Origin: Candidatus Thorarchaeota archaeon
GTDB lineage: Archaea > Asgardarchaeota > Thorarchaeia > Thorarchaeales > Thorarchaeaceae
Assembly (NCBI GenBank): GCA_016839445.1
Contig: JAEOUG010000071.1
Span: forward strand, 1-19,179
Direction of reading: 5' to 3'
Length of the DNA stretch: 19,179 bases
The translations under genes and the position numbers were made by a program. Positions 1-8,195 of this stretch are shown here, piece after piece. The notes beneath the pieces were generated by a model. It ran no database searches and was not told the DNA's origin. It saw nothing but the letters and a program-made list of their open reading frames with translations. Positions within the stretch are counted from its first letter, which is position 1; the number at the start of each line of letters is the position of its first letter.

Positions 1-989
1 CCCATAATGTAGGCCATACTCGCCGAGATATCTCCCGCCAGCTCCCGGCCTATCCCGTAGTTGTAACCAGGGGCTCCGTAGACGTCGCCAGGTGTCTGAT
101 AGGTGTAGTCACCCGCGAATCCAGACTCAAAGGCGCACAGAACACCCTCGTAGCCACGTGCGACGAACTGGTAGTGATCCGAGTTCTCCCAGTAGAAGAA
201 CTCAGAAGACGGCACGGGATTGATCATATCTATGCCGTAGACATTGGCCATCATCTTGGCTAGGTCTACCCAGTACTTGCTCTTGTGATAAGGCACTGAA
301 TCCAGATAGGATACGATGACTCTCTGATTTACAGGTAGGCGCCGATCCTGGCGAAGAAGAGTATCAAGGTTGTACAGAGCAAGGAGCTCAATCTCATCAT
401 TCAGGAATGCATTGGAGACCTCACGGCTGCCCTGAAATGACCCCAGTGCATGGTGCCCGTTGAACACGATGAAGTAGATGTCGAGAGGCCATTCGTAATC
501 AGACATGACCCTCGCGATTTCAAGAATCGCTGCAACCCCGCTTGCGTCATCGTTTGCTCCGGGGCATCCCGCCACTGTGTCGTAGTGTGCTGTGACGGCG
601 AATCCCGGAAGGTCACCAGGAAGGTAGCCGGGCAACTTGGCCACGATGCTCTGGTAGTTCCCAAGAACGTCTATCTCCAAGCGTCCGCCTGAAACGTTCA
701 GAAGCTTGTCGACTATCCAGTCCCGAGCTGCTGCGTTATTCCCTCCGATGGATGTGTCGTCCATGATGTACCGAGGACCGTTCGCCGTCATCTCAATGAT
801 CCAGTTCTGATACTGCGTGTTCGATACCTTCCCATATACGTTAGAGGCGAGGTTGACTCCGTAGACTCTCTCGCTGTATCCCTCAATCACCGAGGGCTCG
901 AACTCCGTCCCGGTCGGATCTGCAATGGCCGCTGGAGAGGGTACTGCAAGAAGAATAACAAGCAGACTCAGTACCCACATGCGACTCAT
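1..989 (-). CDS. Secreted M28-family (Zn aminopeptidase-fold) protein with altered active site; runs off the left edge (C-terminus missing)
   Basis: Not in the ORF track; translated by hand from ATG at 989: MSRMWVLSLLVILLAVPSPAAIA (signal peptide)...TAHYDTVAGCPGANDDASGVAAILEIARV...YFIVFNGHHALG...LYNLDT...NSDHYQF...YQTPGD. Frame open for 329 codons to the edge; GGGGGT upstream of the start. Confidence 0.9.
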   Translation of the reverse strand, partial: MSRMWVLSLLVILLAVPSPAAIADPTGTEFEPSVIEGYSERVYGVNLASNVYGKVSNTQYQNWIIEMTANGPRYIMDDTSIGGNNAAARDWIVDKLLNVSGGRLEIDVLGNYQSIVAKLPGYLPGDLPGFAVTAHYDTVAGCPGANDDASGVAAILEIARVMSDYEWPLDIYFIVFNGHHALGSFQGSREVSNAFLNDEIELLALYNLDTLLRQDRRLPVNQRVIVSYLDSVPYHKSKYWVDLAKMMANVYGIDMINPVPSSEFFYWENSDHYQFVARGYEGVLCAFESGFAGDYTYQTPGDVYGAPGYNYGIGRELAGDISASMAYIM

Positions 990-1072
990 GCGCCTACCCC
1001 CTGCAACCCCATAGATGAAGCTTCTCCTTAATGCAAGCGCTTGTGTTACTCGGTTATTTGTAAGGTTCCTGC

Positions 1073-2863
1073 TTGAGTCAACCGATGAACGTTCACATCA
1101 GGGTCGAGAAGAAGAGGATAGGCTCATTCTATACTCCACTAGACCTTGCTGGTCTTATCACAAAGGAAACGCTCTGTTCATGGCTCTCGAACACAACTGG
1201 GGAGGAGATTCGCGATGCTGACGAGCTGGCGACTCTATCACCTCGCAACAAAGAAGATTTCCTCTCTGACGTGCGGTCAGTGAAGATTCTGGACCCTGCA
1301 GCAGGAGACGGGGCCTTCCTGCTTGAAGCAGCCAAGTGGCTAGATGATGTCCGTTCAGCATTGGGAGATCCTCTGGAGGCTCCAGAGAGGAGGGCAGAGA
1401 TAGTTGAGCACTGTCTCTATGGAGTAGATGTTGTGCCTGAAGCGGTATCAGACTGCCGAGAAACGCTATGCTCATGGGCCACAGACGTAGGCCCCACACA
1501 TGCCTTGCCCGCGCCTAACGTCCTTTGCGGCAACTCCCTGGTGGGCCGAATCGGGCTGGGGAAGCCTGGGCCACATGAGGAGAGAGTCGCTGATGCCTTC
1601 CACTGGGCACGAGAGTTTCCTGAAATCATCGTGGAAAACGGCGGGTTTGACATCATCCTCGGAAATCCACCGTACGGGAACATACTCAGCCAGGACGAGA
1701 GGGATTACATAGCACAAACCTATACCACAAATGTCGGGGGCAACAGGGAGGGCACATGGAATGCCGCCGCACACTTCATCGTGAGAGCGAGTGCGCTCCT
1801 AACACCTAGCGGGACCTTCGGACTACTTGTGCCAAACAGCATTCTTAGGGTGACGCAATTCCAGAAGACCCGAAGATTCCTCATGAGCAAAGTCAACCTC
1901 TGGAAGATTATTGATGAGGCTAGTCCCTTCGATGATGTGACCCTAGAAATGGTCAGTCTCTTCGCGAGAAAGGACTTCACAAACTCAGACGAATCTGTCC
2001 AGGTCGAGTCCAGAAGGCCGGGCCAGCAGAGAAGTAATGCTGTTCCTCGGAGAGTGTTGAGTTCTTCCAGAATATTCCCGATATACCATGACGCGATCCA
2101 CGCAGAATTGATCTCGGTCGGCAAGAGAGAGCTGCTTACTGCGAAGAGAGGGAGAGACATTCCGAAGGGGCACGTTTCCAAGCAGAGGACATCAGTCTTC
2201 AGGATACCATACCTGACAAGTGGTCGCAGTGTGAAGAGGTACCGAGTAGATGAACACCACCTCCAATTCGCGGACGATTGGTTCCTTCAAGATGCAGCTC
2301 TTCGCTTCTCTTTTGAGAACGAGCTTCTGATCTCCACGAAGAACTACCCCTACCCCCGATGTGTTGTGAAGCCCCGAGGAGTAATCCACGGAGGCGGGAT
2401 AGTGAGAATCAGTGGACCTCCCGAGATGGACATCAGAGCACTGGGAATGATACTCAATTCGGAACTTGTGCGGTTTGTGTCTGTTAGATACCTTACCAAC
2501 TACTCGGAACTCACGACCTGTCTAAACACAGGTATAATGAATGACCTGCCGCTAGTCTTGCCTGAAGAGCAGCCAGTCTTCCACTGTGTCTTCGACGCGC
2601 TATCCTCACTTCACTCAACTCCAGATGTCGACACCCGTGTGGTCCAGTTCTTTGAGAGGCTGGGGAATGCGTTAACATACGATCTATTCTTTGGCGAGCA
2701 GGAGCTGCAGGCCGCAGTGAAGGATTGCCTTGATGGCATAAATCCCGCATCTGACACTCCGAGCGCCATCTATGATCAGCTAGGAACCCAAGAGATTGCG
2801 CAGCGAATCGGCGTGGTAATGAGGTCGGACTTGGTTAGAACCATCAGGAAGCATCTCAATTGA
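1073..2863 (+). CDS. N6-adenine DNA methyltransferase, gamma class (Eco57I/TaqI-like) with C-terminal target-recognition region
   Basis: Motif X GSFYTP, SAM-binding motif I ILDPAAGDGAFL, LYGVD, GNSL, FHWxxEFPEI, catalytic motif IV GGFDIILGNPPYG; TTG start; 596 aa. Confidence 0.92.
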   Translation: MSQPMNVHIRVEKKRIGSFYTPLDLAGLITKETLCSWLSNTTGEEIRDADELATLSPRNKEDFLSDVRSVKILDPAAGDGAFLLEAAKWLDDVRSALGDPLEAPERRAEIVEHCLYGVDVVPEAVSDCRETLCSWATDVGPTHALPAPNVLCGNSLVGRIGLGKPGPHEERVADAFHWAREFPEIIVENGGFDIILGNPPYGNILSQDERDYIAQTYTTNVGGNREGTWNAAAHFIVRASALLTPSGTFGLLVPNSILRVTQFQKTRRFLMSKVNLWKIIDEASPFDDVTLEMVSLFARKDFTNSDESVQVESRRPGQQRSNAVPRRVLSSSRIFPIYHDAIHAELISVGKRELLTAKRGRDIPKGHVSKQRTSVFRIPYLTSGRSVKRYRVDEHHLQFADDWFLQDAALRFSFENELLISTKNYPYPRCVVKPRGVIHGGGIVRISGPPEMDIRALGMILNSELVRFVSVRYLTNYSELTTCLNTGIMNDLPLVLPEEQPVFHCVFDALSSLHSTPDVDTRVVQFFERLGNALTYDLFFGEQELQAAVKDCLDGINPASDTPSAIYDQLGTQEIAQRIGVVMRSDLVRTIRKHLN

Positions 2864-2884
2864 TCATTTCTCAGATACTGATGC

Positions 2885-2890
2885 TTATAT
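2885..2890 (+). promoter_or_regulatory. Putative TATA box for the 2921 gene
   Basis: TTATAT about 30 bp upstream of the ATG in a 57-bp intergenic gap. Confidence 0.5.
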
Positions 2891-2920
2891 GCGTCAAAGG
2901 TCCGTTCACCACGACTCATA

Positions 2921-3532
2921 ATGAGCGATGAGAACGACTCGCCAGAGGAGATGGCCGAAGAGCTCATCGATGCTATCGATGACGAAGCCGAAGGTGAAGA
3001 GATAGACGACGGTCTCACGAAGAGGGAACGTGAGATTCAGAAAGGCAGGGAGAGCGAGCGGATCAAGAAGGCGCAGGAGCTGAGGAAACAGCTCAGAAAG
3101 CGTCAGTTAGGCATTCTGAAATACAAGTGGCCTGCGGCCATGCTCATTCTTGGAGGACTGCTTTCCATCTCCAGCGAGTTCCTTCAAGTCATGACGCGAA
3201 ACGAAGATGTGCCGCCGGAGGTCGGTTTCGTGAACTTCGTAGAGGCCTTCCAGAGGACAGGTGGTGTAATCTTCCTCTTCCCTCTGATTGCGGGAGCGTT
3301 CATGATAGTACTGAGCTACTTCGCATACAGCAGGCCGAAATGGACATGGCTTGCACTCATTCCAGCGCTCATGATAGCTATGTCCGGTGGGACTGTCTAC
3401 TTCCTGATCACCTTTGCAGTCACCGCAGACCCTGAACTCACTGGAGACATCTACGCCACAGGCGTCCCGATTTCCATGTTCATAGTCGCTATTGTAGGAC
3501 TGATATCAATCTGGATGAGAGAGAAGGAGTAG
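2921..3532 (+). CDS. Hypothetical membrane protein: acidic N-terminus, basic helical segment, four predicted TM helices
   Basis: 203-aa ORF filling the gap; residues 1-30 D/E-rich, about 33-63 K/R-rich, then four hydrophobic stretches. No family recognised. Confidence 0.8.
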   Translation: MSDENDSPEEMAEELIDAIDDEAEGEEIDDGLTKREREIQKGRESERIKKAQELRKQLRKRQLGILKYKWPAAMLILGGLLSISSEFLQVMTRNEDVPPEVGFVNFVEAFQRTGGVIFLFPLIAGAFMIVLSYFAYSRPKWTWLALIPALMIAMSGGTVYFLITFAVTADPELTGDIYATGVPISMFIVAIVGLISIWMREKE

Positions 3533-3533
3533 A

Positions 3534-4103
3534 TTACTCGCTAAGGAAGTCGCCCAGGCGTCCCTCAGATTCTAGTTGCTCCATCCAGTCGATCCTGGTT
3601 GGTTCAGGTGCGTCCTTCATCAGACTCTCGATTAGCTCCACAGACTGACTTGTATTGATGTCTGTGGTGTCAATCTCGTAGACTCTCTTCTCTCCGAACG
3701 ACTCAAGCGCATCTAGCTGACACACGCCAAGAACTTCGGCCTCGATGTTTTCAGCAACCTTTGCCTGCTTGTAGCCTCGTTCCTCTAGACGTCTCTGGAG
3801 CTCCTCAGGATGAGTTCTCAGAACGAAGACCCACTGAACTGACCCACTTGGAACGAGATCGACATAGTGACCCTCGATTATCATCCTCTTGCCCTTGTCA
3901 TCCACTAGGTCGAGGAGAGCCTCCACAAGGCAGTCCTCATCTATCACACCGGTCTGGCGGGCCTTGTCCTCTGCAGAAATGCAGCCATGACTGTCGGCCA
4001 GCTCACCAATAGAAACGACTTCCACGCCCAGACGGCTGCCTAGTGCGCCTGCTACCTTGGTCTTGCCTGTTCCAGGAGTGCCGCCAATTAGGATGACTGA
4101 CAT
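3534..4103 (-). CDS. Adenylate kinase 6 / Fap7-like P-loop kinase (archaeal AK6)
   Basis: ILIGGTPGTGKT P-loop, IIEGH Walker-B/His motif, VLRTHP..L..RL..RGY...KV.EN..AE, C-terminal IDW. Start placed at ATG 4103 (GGGTGG upstream). Confidence 0.9.
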   Translation of the reverse strand: MSVILIGGTPGTGKTKVAGALGSRLGVEVVSIGELADSHGCISAEDKARQTGVIDEDCLVEALLDLVDDKGKRMIIEGHYVDLVPSGSVQWVFVLRTHPEELQRRLEERGYKQAKVAENIEAEVLGVCQLDALESFGEKRVYEIDTTDINTSQSVELIESLMKDAPEPTRIDWMEQLESEGRLGDFLSE

Positions 4104-4227
4104 GGAACCACCCATCTTCAATCGGCTGATAAGCTTTCAGGAATCGCCCAGTCGACGTCGAAGCTAGTCGCTTGCATAACTGATAAAAGACGTTCAGACT
4201 CGCAGGTCTACAGTAGTGAGCGAGGCT

Positions 4228-4734
4228 ATGAGCGAGGCCTTCGAGATACGCCTGTTCCATCCCGATGATATCAAACAGGTCGTATTGATCAACCAGCAGT
4301 CTCTTCCCGAGAACTACCCAGAGCAGTTCTTCCTAGGTCTCCATTATCACGCCCCACAAGCCTTCTTCGTGGCATCTGTCGACGACAGAGTAGTGGGGTA
4401 CATCATGTGCAGAATAGAACGTGGGATATCGGGCTTCGGACGACTGCCCACAAAGAAGGGGCACATTGTCTCAGTGGCGGTTCTGAATGACAGGCGGAAT
4501 CACGGGATAGGTACAGCATTGATTGCCGCGGCGATGGAGGGAATGATTGACTATGGTGCGTCAGAATTCTTCCTAGAGGTCAGAAAGACCAACGAGGCTG
4601 CAATTGCAATCTACGAGAAGCTTGGCTTCAGAGTTAAGCGAGTTCTGCGAGGCTACTATAGGGACGGGGAAGATGCGTACCTGATGGCGAAGAAGCTCTA
4701 CGAGTCTCAAGAGGATGATGAGCCCGATGCCTGA
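4228..4734 (+). CDS. ard1: Protein N-terminal acetyltransferase, Ard1/Naa10 (RimI-family GNAT)
   Basis: LPENY, KGHIVSVAV, RNHGIG acetyl-CoA loop, LEVRKTNEAAIAIYEKLGF, YYRDGEDAYLM. ATG 4228 preferred; GTG 4216 is an alternative. Confidence 0.9.
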   Translation: MSEAFEIRLFHPDDIKQVVLINQQSLPENYPEQFFLGLHYHAPQAFFVASVDDRVVGYIMCRIERGISGFGRLPTKKGHIVSVAVLNDRRNHGIGTALIAAAMEGMIDYGASEFFLEVRKTNEAAIAIYEKLGFRVKRVLRGYYRDGEDAYLMAKKLYESQEDDEPDA

Positions 4735-5638
4735 ACTTGAGGTCCCGCTCATTCCCGATTGCTCTGCATGCATCGTTAACGCTCTGAAGACCGCTGTTCC
4801 TCTCCTGACTGACGACCCTGATGCTCAGTATGATCTCTTCAGACTGGCCTACAGGAGAATCTCAGAAGGATATGAGAAGAACCTCACTCCGCTGATTCTT
4901 TCAGTCCAGCTGTACCAGGAGCTCTACACACGGACAGGAGTAGAAGACCCCTTCAGGAAGATCAAGCAACAGAGTACGGAGGCTGCGCAACATGCATTGC
5001 CGGCAATTGCCAAGAAGCTCGAGCGGCTCGAAGGAAGAGAGAAACTCATTGGAGCGCTCTCAGCCAGCATAGCTGGCACCGTCATCGACTTCAACACAGG
5101 TGGCCACAAGCCTGACCTTGAGAGGCTAGTGGAGACCTTCGATGACATTCAGAAGCAAGGATTTGCTGTGGACCACTCAGCCCTCCTCTGGAAGGCCATG
5201 ACAGAGAAGAAGGGGCAGCTCATCTTTCTTGCCGACAACGCAGGAGAGGTCATACTTGACGTCCCTCTGCTGGAGCTCATCCACAGCCTCGGCTGGAATA
5301 CACTTCTTGTTGTGAAGGGCAGGGCAATGAGCAACGATGTCACTCGGGAGGACGTCGCTGGCACTGCGGTCGAGGAAGTAGCGACAATCATAGACAGTGG
5401 AGCATGGGCACACGGTGTACCGAAGGAGTGGGTCAGCGATGAGTTTCTTGAGGCGGTTAGAACCTCGGATCTCGCAATCTCTAAGGGACAGGCGAACATT
5501 GAGTCATTCCCGCAGATACAGAGGGAATTCGGCCTCGAGACCTATTACGTGACCCGCGCGAAGTGCCACCACATCTCAAGTGTCTTGGGTGTCAGACCAG
5601 GAACGAACGTTGTGATGAGAAAGCCAGATCCGGACTGA
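4727..5638 (+). CDS. DUF89/ARMT1-family damage-control phosphatase
   Basis: N-terminal CxxC (DCSAC), DPF..IK, GTVIDF (GNxxD in consensus), DNAGE, NDVT, KGQANIES, AKC. Start overlaps the ard1 stop; in-frame ATGs at 4715, 4718 and 4727. Confidence 0.88.
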   Translation: MPELEVPLIPDCSACIVNALKTAVPLLTDDPDAQYDLFRLAYRRISEGYEKNLTPLILSVQLYQELYTRTGVEDPFRKIKQQSTEAAQHALPAIAKKLERLEGREKLIGALSASIAGTVIDFNTGGHKPDLERLVETFDDIQKQGFAVDHSALLWKAMTEKKGQLIFLADNAGEVILDVPLLELIHSLGWNTLLVVKGRAMSNDVTREDVAGTAVEEVATIIDSGAWAHGVPKEWVSDEFLEAVRTSDLAISKGQANIESFPQIQREFGLETYYVTRAKCHHISSVLGVRPGTNVVMRKPDPD

Positions 5639-5657
5639 GTCCTCCACGACGACCTTT

Positions 5658-5672
5658 GAAAACGTTTAAAAA
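5658..5672 (+). promoter_or_regulatory. BRE + TATA promoter of the thermosome gene
   Basis: gaaaacg-TTTAAAAA, a close match to the archaeal BRE/TATA consensus, about 110 bp upstream of the start. Confidence 0.7.
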
Positions 5673-5673
5673 T

Positions 5674-5708
5674 CAACAAAACCCGAAAGCCCATGTACAG
5701 TTTTGTTG
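5674..5708. repeat. Perfect 9-bp inverted repeat CAACAAAAC-N17-GTTTTGTTG immediately downstream of the TATA box
   Basis: 5674-5682 is the exact reverse complement of 5700-5708. Confidence 0.75.
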
Positions 5709-5770
5709 GCCGACCCGTTGGTTATGGGAATGACCGCACGGAAGGCCCAAGACCAATCTCAACAACCTAA

Positions 5771-5776
5771 GGAGGA
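5771..5776 (+). promoter_or_regulatory. Shine-Dalgarno site of the thermosome gene
   Basis: GGAGGA 6 nt before the TTG start at 5783. Confidence 0.75.
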
Positions 5777-5782
5777 ACCAAT

Positions 5783-7414
5783 TTGAGTAACGTACCGGTG
5801 ATTGTTCTAAAGGAAGACACCGAGAGAACACGCGGCCGCGATGCACAACGCAACAACATCATGGCCGGAATCGTCATTGCCGAGGCAGTGAAGTCAGCAC
5901 TTGGGCCTAAGGGCATGGATAAGATGCTAGTGGATGGCTTCGGTGACATAACAGTGAGCAACGATGGAGCCACCATTCTGAAAGAGATGGATGTAGCCCA
6001 TCCCGCAGCGAAGATGGTCATCGAGGTCTCAAAGACTGTAGATGATGAGGTCGGAGACGGTACCACTACTGCTGCAGTCCTGACCGGAGACCTGCTTAAG
6101 CAGGCAGAGACACTTCTGGACCAGCACATACATCCTACGACCATCATCAGTGGCTACAGAAAGGCCACAGAGAAGGCTCTGGATGTCATTGAGAAGGTGG
6201 CTGAGAAGGTCGATCCAGCTTCAAGCGATTACAAGAAGATACTCATCGATGTGGCGAAGACATCCATGTCGAGCAAGTTCGTATCTGGGTCTCGCGACTC
6301 GCTGGCAAAGACAGTGGTCGAGGCAGTGCTAGCGATCAACAAGGATTTGGCTGCTGACGAGGAGCTCTCCATAGAGAACATCCCACGCCAGAAGCAGGTC
6401 GGAATGTCAGTTGACAGGACAGAGCTCGTCAAGGGTCTCGTTCTAGACAAAGAGGTCGTTCACGCAGGAATGCCGAAGAAGGTCCAGGGCGCGAAGATTG
6501 CCCTCCTTGAGGCTGCACTGGAAGTGACAAAGACAGAATTCGATGCTAAGATCTCCATCAGTGACCCGAGCTCAATGCAGAGCTTCCTCGATGAGGAAGA
6601 GCGCATGCTCAAGAACATGGTTGACAAGATCGTCGAGGCCGGAGCGAACGTTGTCATAGCCCAGAAGGGCATAGACGATGTCGTTCAGCACTACCTTGCG
6701 AAGCATGGAATACTCGCGGTCAGAAGGATCAAGAAGTCAGATGTGGAGAGAGTCCACAAGACCACAGGCGCCGCTATTGTTTCCAAGATTCAGAACCTGT
6801 CAGCAGATGACCTTGGAAAGGCCAAGCTCGTAGAGCAGCGCCAAGTTGGGGATGACAAGATGCTCTTCATAGAGGGCACACCGAAGTCAAGCGTTGTCAC
6901 ACTCCTAGTGAGGGGCGGTACGGACCACATTGTAGACGAAGTAGACAGAGCTCTCAATGATGCTCTTCACGTCGTCAAGGACGTCGTAGTGCACCCCTAC
7001 GTCACATACGGTGGCGGAGCACTCGCATCAGAGATCTCATACCGTCTGCGGGAGTACGCCTCCAAGTTGGAGGGACGCGAGCAGTATGCCGTGAATGCCT
7101 TTGCGGATGCAGTTGAGTCCCTACCGACAACTTTAGCAGAGAATGCAGGTCTCGACCCAATCGACGTAATCGTCGGTCTCAGGAAGGCCCATTCTGACGG
7201 TCTCGTCACCCACGGTCTTAACATCGACTCGGGCAAGCCCGATGATATGAAGAAGGCCAAGGTAGTCGAGTCCGCTCTTGTGAACCGCCAGATTGTCATG
7301 TCAGCGGCTGAGGCTGCTCAGATGATTCTCAAGATTGATGACGTCATCAGCGTTAAGGGCGGTCCAGGTATGGGCGGCGGACCTGAAGGCGACTTCGGCG
7401 GAGACGACGAGTAA
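5783..7414 (+). CDS. ths: Thermosome subunit (group II chaperonin)
   Basis: [58 protein letters not shown] tail; 543 aa. Confidence 0.98.
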   Translation: MSNVPVIVLKEDTERTRGRDAQRNNIMAGIVIAEAVKSALGPKGMDKMLVDGFGDITVSNDGATILKEMDVAHPAAKMVIEVSKTVDDEVGDGTTTAAVLTGDLLKQAETLLDQHIHPTTIISGYRKATEKALDVIEKVAEKVDPASSDYKKILIDVAKTSMSSKFVSGSRDSLAKTVVEAVLAINKDLAADEELSIENIPRQKQVGMSVDRTELVKGLVLDKEVVHAGMPKKVQGAKIALLEAALEVTKTEFDAKISISDPSSMQSFLDEEERMLKNMVDKIVEAGANVVIAQKGIDDVVQHYLAKHGILAVRRIKKSDVERVHKTTGAAIVSKIQNLSADDLGKAKLVEQRQVGDDKMLFIEGTPKSSVVTLLVRGGTDHIVDEVDRALNDALHVVKDVVVHPYVTYGGGALASEISYRLREYASKLEGREQYAVNAFADAVESLPTTLAENAGLDPIDVIVGLRKAHSDGLVTHGLNIDSGKPDDMKKAKVVESALVNRQIVMSAAEAAQMILKIDDVISVKGGPGMGGGPEGDFGGDDE

Positions 7415-7454
7415 ACAGAAAGAGTCAAACGTGAAACGGGTCGTGGAAATCAAC

Positions 7455-8117
7455 ATGTCAGAAGGCTCCAAAGACAAAGACAATGAGAAGGCCGACCTCT
7501 CCGAGGAGGAGAAGGTGGCACGGCTGGGCAACATCCCAGGAGTCGGTCCAAAGACAGGCGAGAAACTGGTGGCTGCAGGGTTTGATACTCTGGACAAGAT
7601 CGCTGAGGCGGACAACGAGATGCTCGCTGAGGCTGTGCCGGGGCTCAGCCCATCCAAGGCCGAGACTGTGATTGAAGAAACGGAGAAGGTCTTGGAGGCA
7701 GTCAAGGCAGGAGAGATAGACCTGGATGGGAAGTCCAAGTCGAAGAGGAAGAAACCACCCGAACCGGAGCCTGACATCCATAAGATGCCCTCAATCGAGG
7801 CCGTAGAGAGAGCAGAAGAGAGGACCAGACTCGTCACTGGCTACGAGGAAGAGAACCTCAAGATGGGAGTGCCTGTCGGCCCAAGGTGGTTGACCAAGTT
7901 CGAGAAAGCGCGCATCATCGGGGCTAGAGCTCTGCAGATTTCGATGGGAGCACCAGTACTTGTCGACACAAAGAAGGCTCCAGAGGGGCGCTTCGGTTTT
8001 GCCGAGGCAGAACTGAAGGCGGACGTCTTGCCTATGACCGTTCGGCGCACTCTCCCTTCGGGAGAGAGCTTTGACATCGCGTTGACCAATCTTCTCAAGC
8101 ATACGAGGCTGGACTAA
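7455..8117 (+). CDS. rpoK: DNA-directed RNA polymerase subunit Rpo6 (K/omega/Rpb6) with an N-terminal tandem helix-hairpin-helix domain
   Basis: C-terminal [22 protein letters not shown]...AEAEL...[12 protein letters not shown] is the Rpo6 signature; N-terminal [12 protein letters not shown]...[10 protein letters not shown] is a tandem HhH. ATG 7455 gives 220 aa and avoids overlap with the thermosome gene. Confidence 0.93.
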   Translation: MSEGSKDKDNEKADLSEEEKVARLGNIPGVGPKTGEKLVAAGFDTLDKIAEADNEMLAEAVPGLSPSKAETVIEETEKVLEAVKAGEIDLDGKSKSKRKKPPEPEPDIHKMPSIEAVERAEERTRLVTGYEEENLKMGVPVGPRWLTKFEKARIIGARALQISMGAPVLVDTKKAPEGRFGFAEAELKADVLPMTVRRTLPSGESFDIALTNLLKHTRLD

Positions 8118-8128
8118 ACCCAGCCTCG

Positions 8129-8151
8129 CTCTTCGTTTTTCCTTGCCTTTC
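8129..8151 (+). terminator. Putative archaeal pyrimidine/oligo-T terminator after rpoK
   Basis: ctcttcgtttttccttgcctttc beginning about 12 bp after the stop. Confidence 0.5.
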
Positions 8152-8195
8152 ACCTGAGGTCATCATACCAGTCCTTAAAAGACAGCGGGAGAGCT

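Noticed and set aside
401-692. Short ORFs 401-664 (-) and 450-692 (+)
   Set aside because: Both lie within the long M28 reading frame that the ORF track missed because it runs off the window edge.
4217-4238. Tandem TGAGCGAGGC repeat at the ard1 start
   Set aside because: Only two 10-bp copies giving alternative starts (GTG/ATG); too short to call a repeat element.
7335-7454. ORF-track N-terminal extension of rpoK (260 aa)
   Set aside because: Overlaps the last 80 bp of the thermosome gene; ATG 7455 is a cleaner start.
7301-7837. 178-aa Ser-rich minus-strand ORF
   Set aside because: Antisense to thermosome/rpoK; Ser/Phe/Leu richness simply mirrors Glu/Lys codons on the coding strand.
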